Source: Mustelus asterias (taxonomy: Eukaryota). From it: 64,000 bases of DNA. Shown here piece by piece: positions 1-11,918 of the stretch; positions within the stretch are counted from its first letter, which is position 1; the number at the start of each line of letters is the position of its first letter. The translations under genes and the position numbers were made by a program. A model generated the notes under the pieces. The model made no database searches. It worked only from the letters and a program-made list of their open reading frames with translations, and was not told the DNA's origin. The stretch lies in NCBI RefSeq assembly GCF_964213995.1, contig NW_027590123.1, positions 1,798,001 to 1,862,000 of the forward strand, read 5' to 3'.

Positions 1-87
1 CAGTTGCTCTCCGTGGTGAATGCCTGCCGTGTGTTACCTTGTAAGTTTCACAAAAGCCACAATGATGACTTTGGTGGGTTTTGGAAA

Positions 88-390
88 TTGAAATGGAAGA
101 TAGCAGGAGGAGGAGGCCATTTGGCCCGTCCAGCCTGCTCCGCCATTCAATAAGATCATGGCTGATCTTGACGTGGACTCAGCTCCACTTACCCACCCGC
201 TCAACATCACCCTTAATCCCTTTACTGTTCAAAAATCTATCTCCCTTTGCCTTAAAGACATTCAATGAGGTAGCCTCAACTGCTTCACTGGGTAGGGAAT
301 TCCACAGATTCACAACCTTATTGGTGAAAAAGTTCCTCCTCAACTTAGTCCTAAATCTGCTGCCCCTTATTTTGAGGCTAAGTGCCCTAG
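88..390 (-). mobile_element. CR1-type LINE 3' fragment
   Basis: Reverse complement shows the CR1 3' coding end (..RRNFFT.RVVNLWNSLP..) and a 3'UTR-like hairpin. Confidence 0.75.
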
Positions 391-391
391 T

Positions 392-1765
392 AGGATGGGG
401 TAGGGCAGTGGGTGTTGTCTACGTGGACTTCAGTAAGGCCTTGACAAGGTCCCTCATGGCAGACTGGTGCAGAAGGTGAAGTCGCATGGGATCAGAGGTG
501 AGCTGGCAAGGTGGATACAGAACTGGCTCAGTCATAGAAGGCAGAGGGTAGCAGTAGAAGAGTGTGTTTCTGAATGGAGGGCTGTGACAAGTGGCGTTCC
601 TCAGGGATCAGTGCTGGGACCTTTGTTGTTTGCAATATATATAAATGATTTGGAGGAAAATGTAACTGGTTTAATTAGTAAGTTTGCGGACGACACAAAG
701 TTTGGTGGATTTGCAGATAGTGATGAGTACGATCAGAGGATACAGCAAGATATAGATTGGTTGGAGACCTGGGCAGAGGGATGGCAGATGGAGTTCAATC
801 TGGACAAATGTGAAGTAATACATTTTGGAAGATCTAACACAGATAGGAAATGTACAGCCAATGGCAGATCCCTAAAGAGTATTGATAGGCAGAGGGATCT
901 GGATGTACAGGTACACAGGTCATTGAAAGTGGCAACGCAGATGGAGAAGGTAGTCAAGAAGGTACACGGCATGCTTGCCTTCATCAGCCTGAGTTTAAAA
1001 ATTGGCAAGTCATGTTGCAGCTTTATAGAACCTTAGTTAGGCCACACTTGGAATATAGTGTTCAATTCTGGTCGCCACACTACCAGAAGCATGTGGAGGC
1101 TTTGGAGAGGGTACAGAAAAGATTTACCAGGATGTTGCCTGGTTTGGAGGGCATTAGCTATGAGGAGAGGTTGGAGAAACTTGGTTTGTTCTCACTGGAA
1201 CAACAGAGGTTGAGGGGCGACCTGATGGAAGTCTACAAGATTATGGACAGAGTGGATAGTTTGAAGCTTTTTCCCAAGGGATCCTCTCTCCCTGCTCCAT
1301 TACCTCTGACAGCATCGCCCTGAACTCACTAAGCATCACTCCAAGGAATCTTCTCTCCCTGCTCCATTCCCTCTGACTCCATCCTCCTGAAATCACTGAG
1401 CATCACCCCAGGGATTCTCTCTCCCTGCTCCATTCCCTTTGACTCCATCCCCCTGAACTCACTGAGCATCACCCCAGGCATTGGTTTATGGTGCGAGGGG
1501 CGAGCTTTAAAGGAGATGTACGAGGCAAGTTTCTTACACAGAGGGTGGTGGGTGCCTGGAACTCGCTGCCGGGAGAGGTAGTGGAAGCAGATACGATCGT
1601 GACATTTAAGGGGCATCTTGACAAATACATGAATAAGATGGGAATAAAGGGATATGGTGCCCGGAAGGGAAAGGGTTTTAGTTCAGTCGGGCAGCATGGT
1701 CGGTGCAGGCTTGGAGGGACAAAGGCCTGTTCCTGTGCTGTAATTTTCTTTGTTCTTTGTTCTTA
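392..1765 (+). mobile_element. 5'-truncated, frameshifted CR1 LINE (RT C-terminal half and 3'UTR), interrupted by a minisatellite
   Basis: ORFs 467-1036, 1012-1323 and 1488-1766 contain SGVPQGSVLGP, KFADDTK, LVRPHLEY and FLTQRVVGAWN; tail TGTTCTTTGTTCT. Confidence 0.92.
1273..1478 (+). repeat. ~66-bp minisatellite, about 3 copies, inside the CR1
   Basis: Unit CCCAGGGATTCTCTCTCCCTGCTCCATTCCCTCTGACTCCATCCCCCTGAACTCACTGAGCATCAC; the minus-strand ORF shows 22-aa periodicity. Confidence 0.9.
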
Positions 1766-1894
1766 GTTCTGGTTTTACCCCCCAGTGAAAACCACATCCC
1801 TGATTCTATCGTATCTATTCCCTTCATAATCTTATATGTTTCTGTAAGATCCCCCTCATTTTTCTAAATGACAATGAGTATAGTCCCAGTCTAC

Positions 1895-2135
1895 TTTTTA
1901 AGGCAACCCACTTTTACCACCCTCCCAGGCAGCACATTCCATACCGTCACCACCCTCTGGGTAAGGAAGTTTTTCTTCACATCCCCCCTTAACCTCCTGC
2001 CCCTCACCTTGAACCTCTGTCCCCTCCTGACTGACCCTTCAGCGAAGGGGAAGAACTGCTCCTTATCCACTCTGTCCATGTCCCTCATAATCTTGAACAC
2101 CTCAATCAGGTCGCCCCTCAGTCTTCGGATCTCAA
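1895..2135 (-). mobile_element. CR1 LINE fragment
   Basis: ORF 1891-2160 contains RRLRGDLIEVFKIM..FLTQRVVTVWN. Confidence 0.85.
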
Positions 2136-2350
2136 TATGAAGTTTAAAGGTCATATTCACTTTTGTTAACTTTCAAATGAATTCTCCTGTAAAATATTCT
2201 GAGTTTTTAAAAATAAATATTGAATGCAAAATTAACCAACTCTGACTTTGCTTAATTCCGTTCTCCAAAGCCCATAGACACCACTCCACTTTCCCGATTT
2301 CACGGTTTTCCCCCTTTCCCAGGCAGGTATTTCCCCAGTCCTGTCTGGGA

Positions 2351-2692
2351 TGTGTTTGAACTCAAGGCCCTTCAGTGAGTCACTGCGCCACTCAGTGACA
2401 CATTTGTGTAAATACACCTTCATCTCTGCCTTTTCAATGATAAACTCCAGAGACAGAATGAACAGCTCGAGAACCCGGTTATAAACTGATCTGTCACTAT
2501 AATGTGTCAGTTCATTCTGAAACTCCAAAGGCTCTGCTTCATCCGAGGCCGGTACAGCGCAGTATATGGGAGAAGAAAACATCTTTTTACTGCCCCGCCT
2601 AACACTACAAAGGTTGCTGCGGCGTTGGGTATCAGAGTAAATCTCTCTCCCTATTGTCTGATTAAGTAATTCCAAGGCTGGCACGCCACAGG
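2351..2692 (-). pseudogene. Highly degenerate antigen-receptor V-segment relic
   Basis: Polypyrimidine-AG acceptor then (A)CGVPALELLNQ; Cys; frameshifted (W)YRP; FR3-like LEFIIEKAE..C; followed by CGCAGTG and a weak nonamer. Confidence 0.4.
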
Positions 2693-3130
2693 CTAGATAG
2701 AAAACATGGAGTGGGGTCAAGACCATGGAGTGAGACTAAGTGACTGGAACATTATTCACACAAGCGTATAATCGAGTACACATTCCCAAATAATTACTAG
2801 AATTTGGGCCTGTGAGATATACTCGGGGAGGGGTGGTGGGGGGTGGGGGGGGGGCGGAAACGTGGAAATTCCCAGACGCCATGTCCATCCAAACAACAAG
2901 TAAGCAGAAATCAAGGGAAAAGCTCCCAGATAATGGAGCTCATTCTCATAAAAAGACACACATTTTCTCTTTGACACACCAACAGATGTTCTCTCCCCCT
3001 GTCTGTTAGACATGCACACGCTCCACTTTCTGGTGAACACACACTGACTCTCTGCTTCAAGCTTTATTTTTGTACCAATTAACAATGTCCCCACCTCCTT
3101 TTACAATTACGTATTATCCCTAATAAGGTC

Positions 3131-3388
3131 CATTCCCTCAGACCATCTCTGTGAACTCACTGAACATCGCCCCAAGGATCCTTCTCCCTGCTCCATTCCC
3201 TCTGATAGCATCCCCCTGAACTCACTGAGCATCACCCCAGGGATTCTCTCTCCCTGCTCCATTCCCTCTGACTCCATCCCCCTGAACTCACTGAGCATCA
3301 CCCCAGGGATACTCTCTCCCTGCTCCATTCCCTCTGACTCCATCCCCCTGAACTCATTGAGCATCACCCCAGGGATACTCTCTCCCCA
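3131..3388 (+). repeat. ~66-bp minisatellite, about 4 copies (same unit as 1273-1478)
   Basis: Direct tandem copies; minus ORF 3107-3367 repeats GVMLSEFRGMESEGMEQGERIP. Confidence 0.9.
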
Positions 3389-3591
3389 GTAATCAACAGA
3401 GCACCTTTAAACAGGCCCTTTATTGTAATGAGTTCGTATTATTTCCGTGCATATGTCAATCTGAATTTAAGTATATTATAATAAGAATAATAGGGACAAG
3501 AAAAACTGCAGCACCATAATCCTGCAACAAGATCCTCCAGTAACCTGAGAATTCACTGATCTCCCAAGCAGAGGCCATTTACCTCACGTCA

Positions 3592-3605
3592 CCACCAGAG
3601 GGAGC
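3592..3605 (+). promoter_or_regulatory. CTCF-like motif
   Basis: CCACCAGAGGGAGC versus the core consensus CCASYAGRKGGCRS; an RSS-nonamer-like TGTTTTTGT lies at 3616-3624. Confidence 0.45.
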
Positions 3606-3658
3606 TCCCTCACCGTGTTTTTGTGTTCTCTATCAGGAGCGGGTTCCGTTACACACCG

Positions 3659-5537
3659 ATATAGAACATAGAACAGTACAGCACAGAACAGGCCCTTCGG
3701 CCCACGATGTTGTGCCGAGCTTTGTCTGAAACCCAGATCAAGCTATTTCCTCCCTATCATCCCGAAGTACTCCATGTGCCTATCCAATAGCTTTTTAAAT
3801 GTTCCTAAAGTTTCTGACTCCACTATCCCTGCAGGCACTCCATTCCACACCCCAACCACTCTTTGAGTAAAGAACCTACCTCGGATATCCTTCCTATATC
3901 TCCCAACATGAACCCTATAATTATGCCCCCTAGTTACCGCTCCATTCACCCGAGGAAATAGTCTTTGAACGTTCACTCTATCTATCCCCCTCATCATCTT
4001 ATAAACCTCTATCAAGTCTCCTGTCAACCTCCTCCGCTCCAAAGAGAAAAGCCCAAGTTCCCTCAACCTTTCCTCATAAGACCTACCCTCCAAACCAGGC
4101 AGCATCCTGGTAAATCTCCTTTGCACTCTTTCCAGTGTCTCCACATCCTTCTTGTAGTGAGGTGACCAGAACTTCACACAATATTCCAAATGTGGTCTCA
4201 CCAAGGTCCTGTACAGTTGCAGCATAACCCCACGGCTCTTAAACTCAAACACCCTGTTAATGAACGCCAACACACTATAGACCTTCTTCACGGCTCTATC
4301 CACTTGAATGGCAACCTTCAGAGATCATTGGATATGAACCCCAAGTTCTCTCTGTACCTCCACATTCTTCAGAACCCTACCATTGACCCCGTAATCCACA
4401 TTTAAATTTGCCCTACCAAAATGAATCACCTCGCATTTGTCAGGGTTAAACTCCATGTGCCATTTTTCAGCCCAGCTCTGCATCCTATCTATATCTCTTT
4501 GCAGTCTACAACAGCCCTCCACCTCATCCACTACTGCACCAATCTTGGTGTCATCAGCAAATTTACTGATCCACCCTTCAGCCCCCTCCTCCAAGTCATT
4601 TATAAAAATTACAAATAGCAGAGGACCAAGCACTGTGGCACTCCGCTGGTAACCGGTTTCCAGTCCGAAAATTTTCCATCCACCACCACCCTCTGTCTTC
4701 TGTTAGATAGACAGTTACCTATCCAATCGGCCAAACTTCCCTCAATCCCACACATCCTTACTTTCTTCATAAGCCGACCGTGGGGGACTTTATCAAACGC
4801 CTTACTAAAATCCATGCATAGACATCAACTGCACTACCTTCATCTACATACTTAGTTACCTCCTCAAAAAATTCTATCAAATTTGTGAGGCAAGACTTGC
4901 CCTTTACAAATCCGTGCTTACTATCCCGGATTAAGCTGCATCTTTCTAAATGGTCGTAAATCCTATCCCTAAGTACCTTTTCCATCAACTTACCGACCAC
5001 CGAAGTAAGACTAACCGGCCTATAATTACCAAGGTCATTTCTATTCCCTTTCTTAAACAGAGGAATCACATTCGCCACTCGCCAGTCCTCTGGCACCACC
5101 CCCGTGGACAGTGAGGACGCAAAGATCAATGCCAAAGGCTCTTCTATCTCATCCCTTGCCTCCCAAAGAATCCTAGGATATATTTCATCAGGCCCAGGGG
5201 ACTTATCAACTTTCAGTTTATTCAAAATTGCTAGTACATCTTCCCTCCGAACATCTACTTCCTCCAGCCTATCAGCCTGTGACACCTTCTCTTCCTCAAA
5301 AATATGGCCCCTCTCCTTGGTGAACACCGAAGAAAGTTATTCATTCATCACCTCTCCTTTCTCTTCTGACTCCATGCACAAATTCCCACTGCCGTCCTTG
5401 ACCGGCCCCAGCCTCACCCTGGTCATTCTTTTATTCCTCACATAAGAGTAAAAAGCCTTGGGGTTTTCCTTAATCCGACCCGCCAAGGACTTCTCATGCC
5501 CCCTCCTAGCTCTCCTAAGCCCCTTTTTCAGCTCATT
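3659..5537 (-). mobile_element. 5'-truncated CR1 LINE, young subfamily, frameshifted
   Basis: Minus ORFs 5337-5549, 4767-5327, 4609-4815, 4325-4633 and 3743-4303 tile CR1 ORF2; (TTCTATG)n tail near 3660. Confidence 0.95.
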
Positions 5538-5573
5538 ATAGGGAGACATAAATCAGGAGAATTGGATTAATTG

Positions 5574-5853
5574 TTGGATTACACAGTGAAACGTTGCCCT
5601 ATCTGACAATTGAACTCCTTAACAGTGATAGTGCTGGACCTTTTCTTCTGGTGCACATGTACTGGAAATCATCCACCAGCTCTTTCATCTCTGAATGTGG
5701 AGAAAGGGTAACCAGGAGCTCGATTGAAGAACTGTCTGTACAAAACTAGAAACATGGTAGAGGCGATGGTGATGTGGTGATGAAGCAAAATGCTTTCTCC
5801 ATCTGTTCCTTGAATAATCAAGATCTGTAATCCCTCCAGGTGACAACGCAAAG
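5574..5853 (-). pseudogene. TCR alpha/delta-like V pseudogene, His at first-Cys position; paralogue of 33950-34251
   Basis: Acceptor TTGTCAG, then ALRCHLEGLQILIIQGTDGESILLHHHIT..LYRQFFNRAP..STFRDERAGG*FPVHVHQKKRSSTITVK/VQLSDRATFHC; contains a stop and a frameshift; no intact RSS. Confidence 0.75.
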
Positions 5854-8565
5854 CTGACAAATCTGCAATGAAGCAGGCAGAATTATATATGGAAGTAAAA
5901 TTAAATAAAGCGCTTGTGAATACAGGAAGAATAAAGTAATCAATTCATATGTCCATCTATCTAATATTTCCTCTGCTAATCGGCCTATCCATATAATGTC
6001 ACTCTATCTATCTTCTGCTCACCTGTCAGGTCACTATTAGTAACACATATTCCTATTCCTACGACATGGGTTCACATTGCACTAGATTTGAACCATTTGT
6101 TCCTCCACCGCACTCACCTCCTCGAACTGGGATATCCCAAGTGGGGCCACTGTTGACACAAGAGAAACATGGGGCAGTCTCGGAGCTTTTTGATCCAACA
6201 CGATCTTCTGAACTCACGAGAACCAGAGGGAAATAAAAGAGGTCCACCTCAATTGGCACCTCAATTGGATGAATCTCAGGAGGTTTGTTTGAAATGGCAG
6301 GAATATCAGTTATCCAGAGATCCAACTGCATCGTCAGTAAATACGGTAATGAGCTTTAAATTTAAGGATCACCGTACATTTGCTCATAAGTATCCAACAT
6401 TCACGATGCTGGCTCTTTCTCACCCACACGCCTGGTATTGCTGCTGGTTGGATGCTCAAAGGCGACACAAGTCAATTTACTCTGATGCGTGTGATCATGG
6501 CTAGTCAAGTGTGGCAGGCAATTGTTCCATGCTATGTTAGTGAATGTTTACCCCAGATGAATATGAATAATGGGTCGATGAACAGGGTTTCAAGCCGATT
6601 ACCCTGGACAGTGGAAAAGTGCAGTAATAAATGAGGAATGTCATGCCAAAACGTCGGAAGAGGCATGGGATAAGAGACTGCCCCACAACTACCCCCACAG
6701 TTGATGAGAAACTGCTCAGTTTTGTTTCACGATTGAGTGCAGGCGGACACTCAGCTTATGCATCAAGGGGAAACGCATTCACCTCTACAGGTACATTGTG
6801 TAACATTGCTTGTTATTCGTTGTTTTGAATTTTACTATTTCATAACTTTCCATGTTTTAACGTAAGCTTTTTTTTCCGTTTGCCCATTTCACCTGATGTT
6901 ATTTCCGAATCTTTTCGCCTCAGTCTCTTTGCAATTCCAAGATTTCCGATATCTCGGTTTCCTTGTAACAGTGAGCAGTTCTCAGGTTGTACGTGCGTCT
7001 TTGAGTTTCATTAAGTTTCAGTCTTCCATGCTGTGTATCAGTGTAGACCACTGTCATCCAGGTTTGCTTTAATGAGCGGATTAGCCTTGGAAATGTTGGT
7101 GAGGCTAAGTTTGCATCCGCTGGAGTTTAGAATAAGGGTAGGCTACTTGATTGAAATGTATAATATACTGAGGGATTTGACAATGTGTTGTAGAGAGGAT
7201 AGCTCCTCTTGTGCGAAAATCTAGAACTACTAGAACTATGCCACTGTTTCAAATTAAGGGTTCACCCATTCAAAATACCATTCTACCACGGCCTCTTCAA
7301 ATGTATGTCTCTATTTATATGTACACATCTGCAGTAACGTCCTTCCTTGGGGTCGCTCTTTATCATTTACTGCTCTCAGTCTCACATACATTCTTGTCCC
7401 TCAGTTGGATTCTCTCTTTATTAATCCGCTCAATGTCAGCTTTATCTATGTCAATGACTTTTATAACTCTCTCAAAATTTGCAGGTGGATTGGGTGATAT
7501 ACGTCCTGTACCGCTTAGGGAGTGAGCGCTTACTTGCCTGCATAGCATTCTTGATCAATTCTTTAAACACGGGATGTTAGCAGACACTAAGCTGGTGCAC
7601 TGGTGATCCCATTCAACCACCTGACCTTGAGATTGCTCAAGTATTCAGCATTGAGACCAGACAGTGAAAGGCCTGATCCACTGAAGGATATCTCAATCAG
7701 CTCCGTGCCAAAAGTCTCAGGTTCCAAAGCGTTGAATCTAGACAGTCACTAGCTGATGCACAGACTGGCTCACGCTCACCTGCATCGGTACATTGCTCAG
7801 ATTTTTGACAGTCAGTATGTACGTGGATAGGAAAACATACATTTCAGTTGCACCAATTTGCACTGGTATATTGCTCAGATCTCCTTTTATTTAGTCACAT
7901 TCTTTGTAACGCTGCATCATTTTTACTCTGTTTTTCTCTTCTCAGCTTGGACTGTTTTTAAACCTATATTTTTTCCCATACGTTCTATATTTTGGTTGCT
8001 CCTTCAATCTCATTTCCGTCACTCGCCATGTAAACTGGAGAATCCATACAACCACCCCTTCGCGTGCCCCCCCCCCCCCGCCCCCCCCCCCCCCCCCCCC
8101 CCGCCACACACAGACACACAACTACCACCCTCGTCACCACCACAACTACCCTCATTCAATGTTGTTATTCCCTGGTTACATCTCGCAAGCTGTATTATAT
8201 GAGGTGCTGTCGGACAGTTTTGAAGCCTTTTTTTAAGTCTGAGCAACCTATGTTTGGTGGAGCTGATCTTCCCGGCCAAGCTTGAATTGAAGGAAATAAT
8301 AATTCGAACGGAAACAGGAACTGTTTAACTGGTAGCTGCTCTCTCTCTCCCTCTGATCAATCTTTCCGTCTGATGGAATTCTGCTATTTGTTTTCTCAGC
8401 CGATCCTGGATTCAGCTGGGTGACAGTTTGATCCGAGGTTAATGTGGTTTCCTCTGGGTGCGTGTTGGAGCGGCTGACAGCGCCGCTGCTCTATATGGCT
8501 GTAACTTTCCGCGATTTTCTACACAAACCTCAACAGACTGGAGCACCCAATGATAGCGGCAAAGC

Positions 8566-8604
8566 AGTTTTTGTACTGGGGTGAGACTGCTTTCTATCAC
8601 TGTG
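8566..8604 (-). other. 23-RSS (V(D)J recombination signal)
   Basis: Minus strand CACAGTG + 23 nt + ACAAAAACT directly after YYCAFS. Confidence 0.95.
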
Positions 8605-9161
8605 AGGCTGAAAGCGCAGTAATAGCGGCCAGCGTCAGTCAGCTGCAGGCTCGAGATGGTTAAAGTGGTTAAATTAGCGGATGTCTGGAGTTCAACAAAG
8701 AAACGGGGTCCAAAACCTTCCCCTCTGTCTTCTTGTGGATCCCAGGACAATTTCAATGCAATGAACTGCAAATCCGGCTGTGGTTGCTGTCTGTACCAAT
8801 ATAAGACATAGTTGCTTGCTGTAGTGCTGTAGGTACATCGAATAGTCACAGTTTCACTTTCTCTCCCCTCTAAAGACTGCGGCTGAGAAACAGAATCTCC
8901 ATCAGCCGGATCTGTAACACGTGTTGAAGAAGAGAACAAAAGTTAGTATCGTGTGTGCTGCTGAAATAATATTAATAATTTACATTCACTGGAGTTATCA
9001 AACAAAAACTAATGAAGGCCGAAATACTCAGCAGCGTCAGGAAGCATTATTGGAGGCAAGGAGAATTACAGGTTCTGATCGAGGTAACATTTTACCAGAT
9101 TGGAGTCATCCTTACCGAAAAGAAAGAGCCCGAACACAATGCAGACGGTGAGGAAATGCAT
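8605..9161 (-). CDS. Intact T-cell receptor alpha/delta variable gene segment (leader exon 9161-9116, V exon 8911-8605)
   Basis: Kozak GCCGCCATG; leader MHFLTVCIVFGLFLF; GT-AG phase-1 intron; DSVSQPQSLEGRESETVTIRCTYSTTASNYVLYWYRQ..LTISSLQLTDAGRYYCAFS; both canonical Cys and the Trp present; near-consensus 23-RSS. Confidence 0.93.
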
Positions 9162-9189
9162 GGCGGCTGCAGAGCCCGAAGCTGTGGCT

Positions 9190-9275
9190 ATCTTTAAAAT
9201 TCCAAGCACTGCTGGAACAAAATCTGTTTTTAACGTCACTCTCTGAACTCAAACTTCTCGTCCAATCAACCAATC
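9190..9275 (-). promoter_or_regulatory. Putative V-segment promoter (TATA-like, CRE/decamer-like, CCAAT)
   Basis: TTTAAA near 9193; AGTGACGTTA on the minus strand at 9231-9240, resembling the TCR V promoter CRE decamer; CCAAT near 9262 and 9270. Confidence 0.55.
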
Positions 9276-9429
9276 TGCAATCTACCCGTCATAGATTGAG
9301 ATAACATTTAAATGAGTTTCAGTGATCAGCTGAAGCTCTTTGACCAACAGTATTAAATACCACAGAGTGGAGTCAGTGACTGAGTGTGTACAGTGCATGG
9401 TGTGAGGGAAGAATCAGCATTGCTGTCAA

Positions 9430-9860
9430 GACCATAAGATATAGAAGCAGAATTAGACCATTCGGCCCATCGTGTCCGTTCCGCCATTCAGTCATGCTGC
9501 AAAGTTTCTCAACTCCATTCTTCTCCCCTTTTCCCAGTAACCTTTGATTCCCTTACCAATCAAGAACCTATCTATCTCTGTCTTAAATACACCCAATGAT
9601 CTGGCCTCCACAGCCTTCTGTGGCAATGAATTCCACACATTTACCACCCTCTGGCTGAAGAAATTGCTCTCACCTCGATTCTAAAGGGCCGTCCCTTTAT
9701 TCAGAGGTTGTGCGCTCGGATCCGAGCTTCTCCTACTAACGGAAACATCTTCCCCACGGCCACTCTATCGTGGTCTTTCAATATTCTGTAAGTTTCAATA
9801 AGATCCCCCCTCCCCCCAACAAACTCCATCGAGTTCAGACCCAGTGTCCTCAGATGTCTG
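9430..9860 (-). mobile_element. CR1 LINE 3' end
   Basis: Reverse complement encodes ..FSQRVVNVWNSLPQKAVEA.., followed by a 3'UTR hairpin and CTTATGGTC tail. Confidence 0.8.
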
Positions 9861-10069
9861 CAGTTTTAATAGATCGGGTTCACTCGCTCATGTTTGTTGT
9901 TGTTTATTTTAAGGTCGGTCTGTGACGGCTTCTCAAGACCATTAATCGCATTGCCATGTGTCTGACCTGTTTACATTGAACTCTTCGTTCTGAACCGTTG
10001 ATTTCCTGGTGTTGCGATTGTAAATGAAACGAATTGTACAGCAGCGGATTGAGAAGTAGATCCAGTGCG

Positions 10070-10520
10070 AGAAACAGATGCAGCAACACAGAAACCTTCA
10101 AGCTAAGAAACGGAGATAAACAAATGGAAAGACAGAGGTTGAATCCGAGGCCGAGGCCGTAATAGAAGTAAAGGCATAAGTTCGGAGAAACAGATGGAGC
10201 TGCAGAGTGAAAAACACGAGGAAAGGGAATGGTAGAAATGAGGGAGAGGCTGAGAGATAAATAGAGGGACAGACAGTGAGATAAATGGGGGAAAGAGGGA
10301 GGCAGGAAGGGAAATAGATGAAGATACGGTGAAGGAACCGTGAAGGGAAAGAATGCATATATTTGGAGATAATACCGACGGAGACGCAAAGAGAGACAAA
10401 CGAATAGTGAACAAGAGAAGCAGAGAAATAGGCAGTGAGATAAACAAAGGAGTTCACTGAAAAAAGCAATGGCCCAAATGCAACCAGGAAAAAAAGGGAA
10501 AAAAAGGGAAAGAAAAATAG
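10070..10520 (+). repeat. Purine-rich (GA/A) low-complexity tract
   Basis: Strong A/G strand bias; accounts for the hydrophobic spurious minus-strand ORFs. Confidence 0.7.
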
Positions 10521-10657
10521 CATAATGTAGCGTATAACGTGATACCGGCAGGGCGCTTTCCAAGAACCTCTTGCAACCTAAGTAACAAGACCAGTGGCAC
10601 CATCACATTGTTATCCTTCCTGTACCACTGCAGTAAATACACAAACATGGTGAGGCA

Positions 10658-10671
10658 TCGCCATCTGGCGG
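10658..10671 (-). promoter_or_regulatory. CTCF-like motif
   Basis: Minus strand CCGCCAGATGGCGA, preceded by CGCAG resembling the CTCF upstream motif; lies between two divergently oriented V genes. Confidence 0.55.
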
Positions 10672-11918
10672 CGATCTGCGGTAAATGGTCATTCCCTGGA
10701 AAATCATCGAATTCTCAAATTACAGAAGGTTGTTGCTGCATGATTATATTACATTACTCTTGTTCATCCTTTTACTGTTACAATGTAATTGAATGCAGTT
10801 GAATGTATACATGAGGGATAATCCCAACTTTATTTAATTGCTGGCGATTCGCTTTATTCAATTAATAGTGGTTAAAAAGCTAATTTTAAACAAAATTAAC
10901 CCATCAATATTCCGATAAGTGCCTCCTCTAAAATACCAACACAAGATGTAAATATGACCCTGGATTCACACTCATTTCCTATGTCCTTTCATAATGTTAC
11001 TCCTTAAGTTATTATATTTTATTATACTTTATCTAATATAAATAGTATCTAATCTAAGAGTTTCTTTATCTAATATAACGAGCAATTTGGTGGACTCATT
11101 GAAATGGGAGACTGGGAGAAATCGTATTGTCTAAACTCTGAAATTCAGGAAAAGGGCAGAAAGAGAAGAACGTGGAGTAAATGTGAAGGTCAGAAGTAGG
11201 GCAAGGGAGGTAGATCCAGAGTGGCGAAATGACAGAGCGAGATAGACAGGTCTCAAACGAAGGCAGAGTCGGAGAACCTGAGAAATACAGGGAGAAAGAG
11301 AAGCTCAGATTTCATTCGTCCAGAGCGAACACTGATAGGTGCCCGACGACCATAAGTTCAGAGAGAGCAGCCAATCCTTTCGCTTGGAAACGCCCCTCAG
11401 TTTCTAAGTAAGTGAAGTTTCTGCTGATATGAATTTCCAATTTAATATCAGAACAGAAACGTCAACATTTCTGCCGAATCCAAAACCGGACAACATGTGC
11501 TCCTCATTTTGGTTGCTGATAATAATGGTCTTGCTCATTGGTCAATGGTCATTGAGCTCTGGCAAAATGTCATCCTGACACGAAACGTTATCTCTGTTCT
11601 CCCTCTCACACATGTTGTCAGATCTGCTGAAGATTTCCAGCGTTTTCTTTGAGCCAATGTTTAAATGATCAGCGTCTGCCCCATGGACTATGTTCGCTCC
11701 TAGATTTTGAAGAACGTCTGTGTTTTATTACAGGGACAAATGCTGAAGATTCAGTGTTTCAAGGTCGATCTGAATTATCGGTTCTGGAAGGACAGAACAT
11801 AACATTGGACTGTAAATACTCAACAGCTGCTCTTCGAACCCTGTTCTGGTACACCCAGTATCCCGGCAAGCTCCAAGGCAGCTGATGAAGATTTTTAGCA
11901 CTGGTGATACCGATAAGT

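Noticed and set aside
3107-3367. Repetitive 22-aa protein ORF
   Set aside because: It is just the translation of the 66-bp minisatellite.
5582-5588. Perfect CACAGTG on the plus strand
   Set aside because: It lies within the FHC codons of the minus-strand V and has no nonamer at 12 or 23 bp.
9904-10563. Long hydrophobic minus-strand ORFs that look like membrane proteins
   Set aside because: They are artefacts of the purine-rich low-complexity tract.
10454-10648. LLQWYRK suggesting another V exon
   Set aside because: No flanking Cys, FR3 motif or RSS could be identified.
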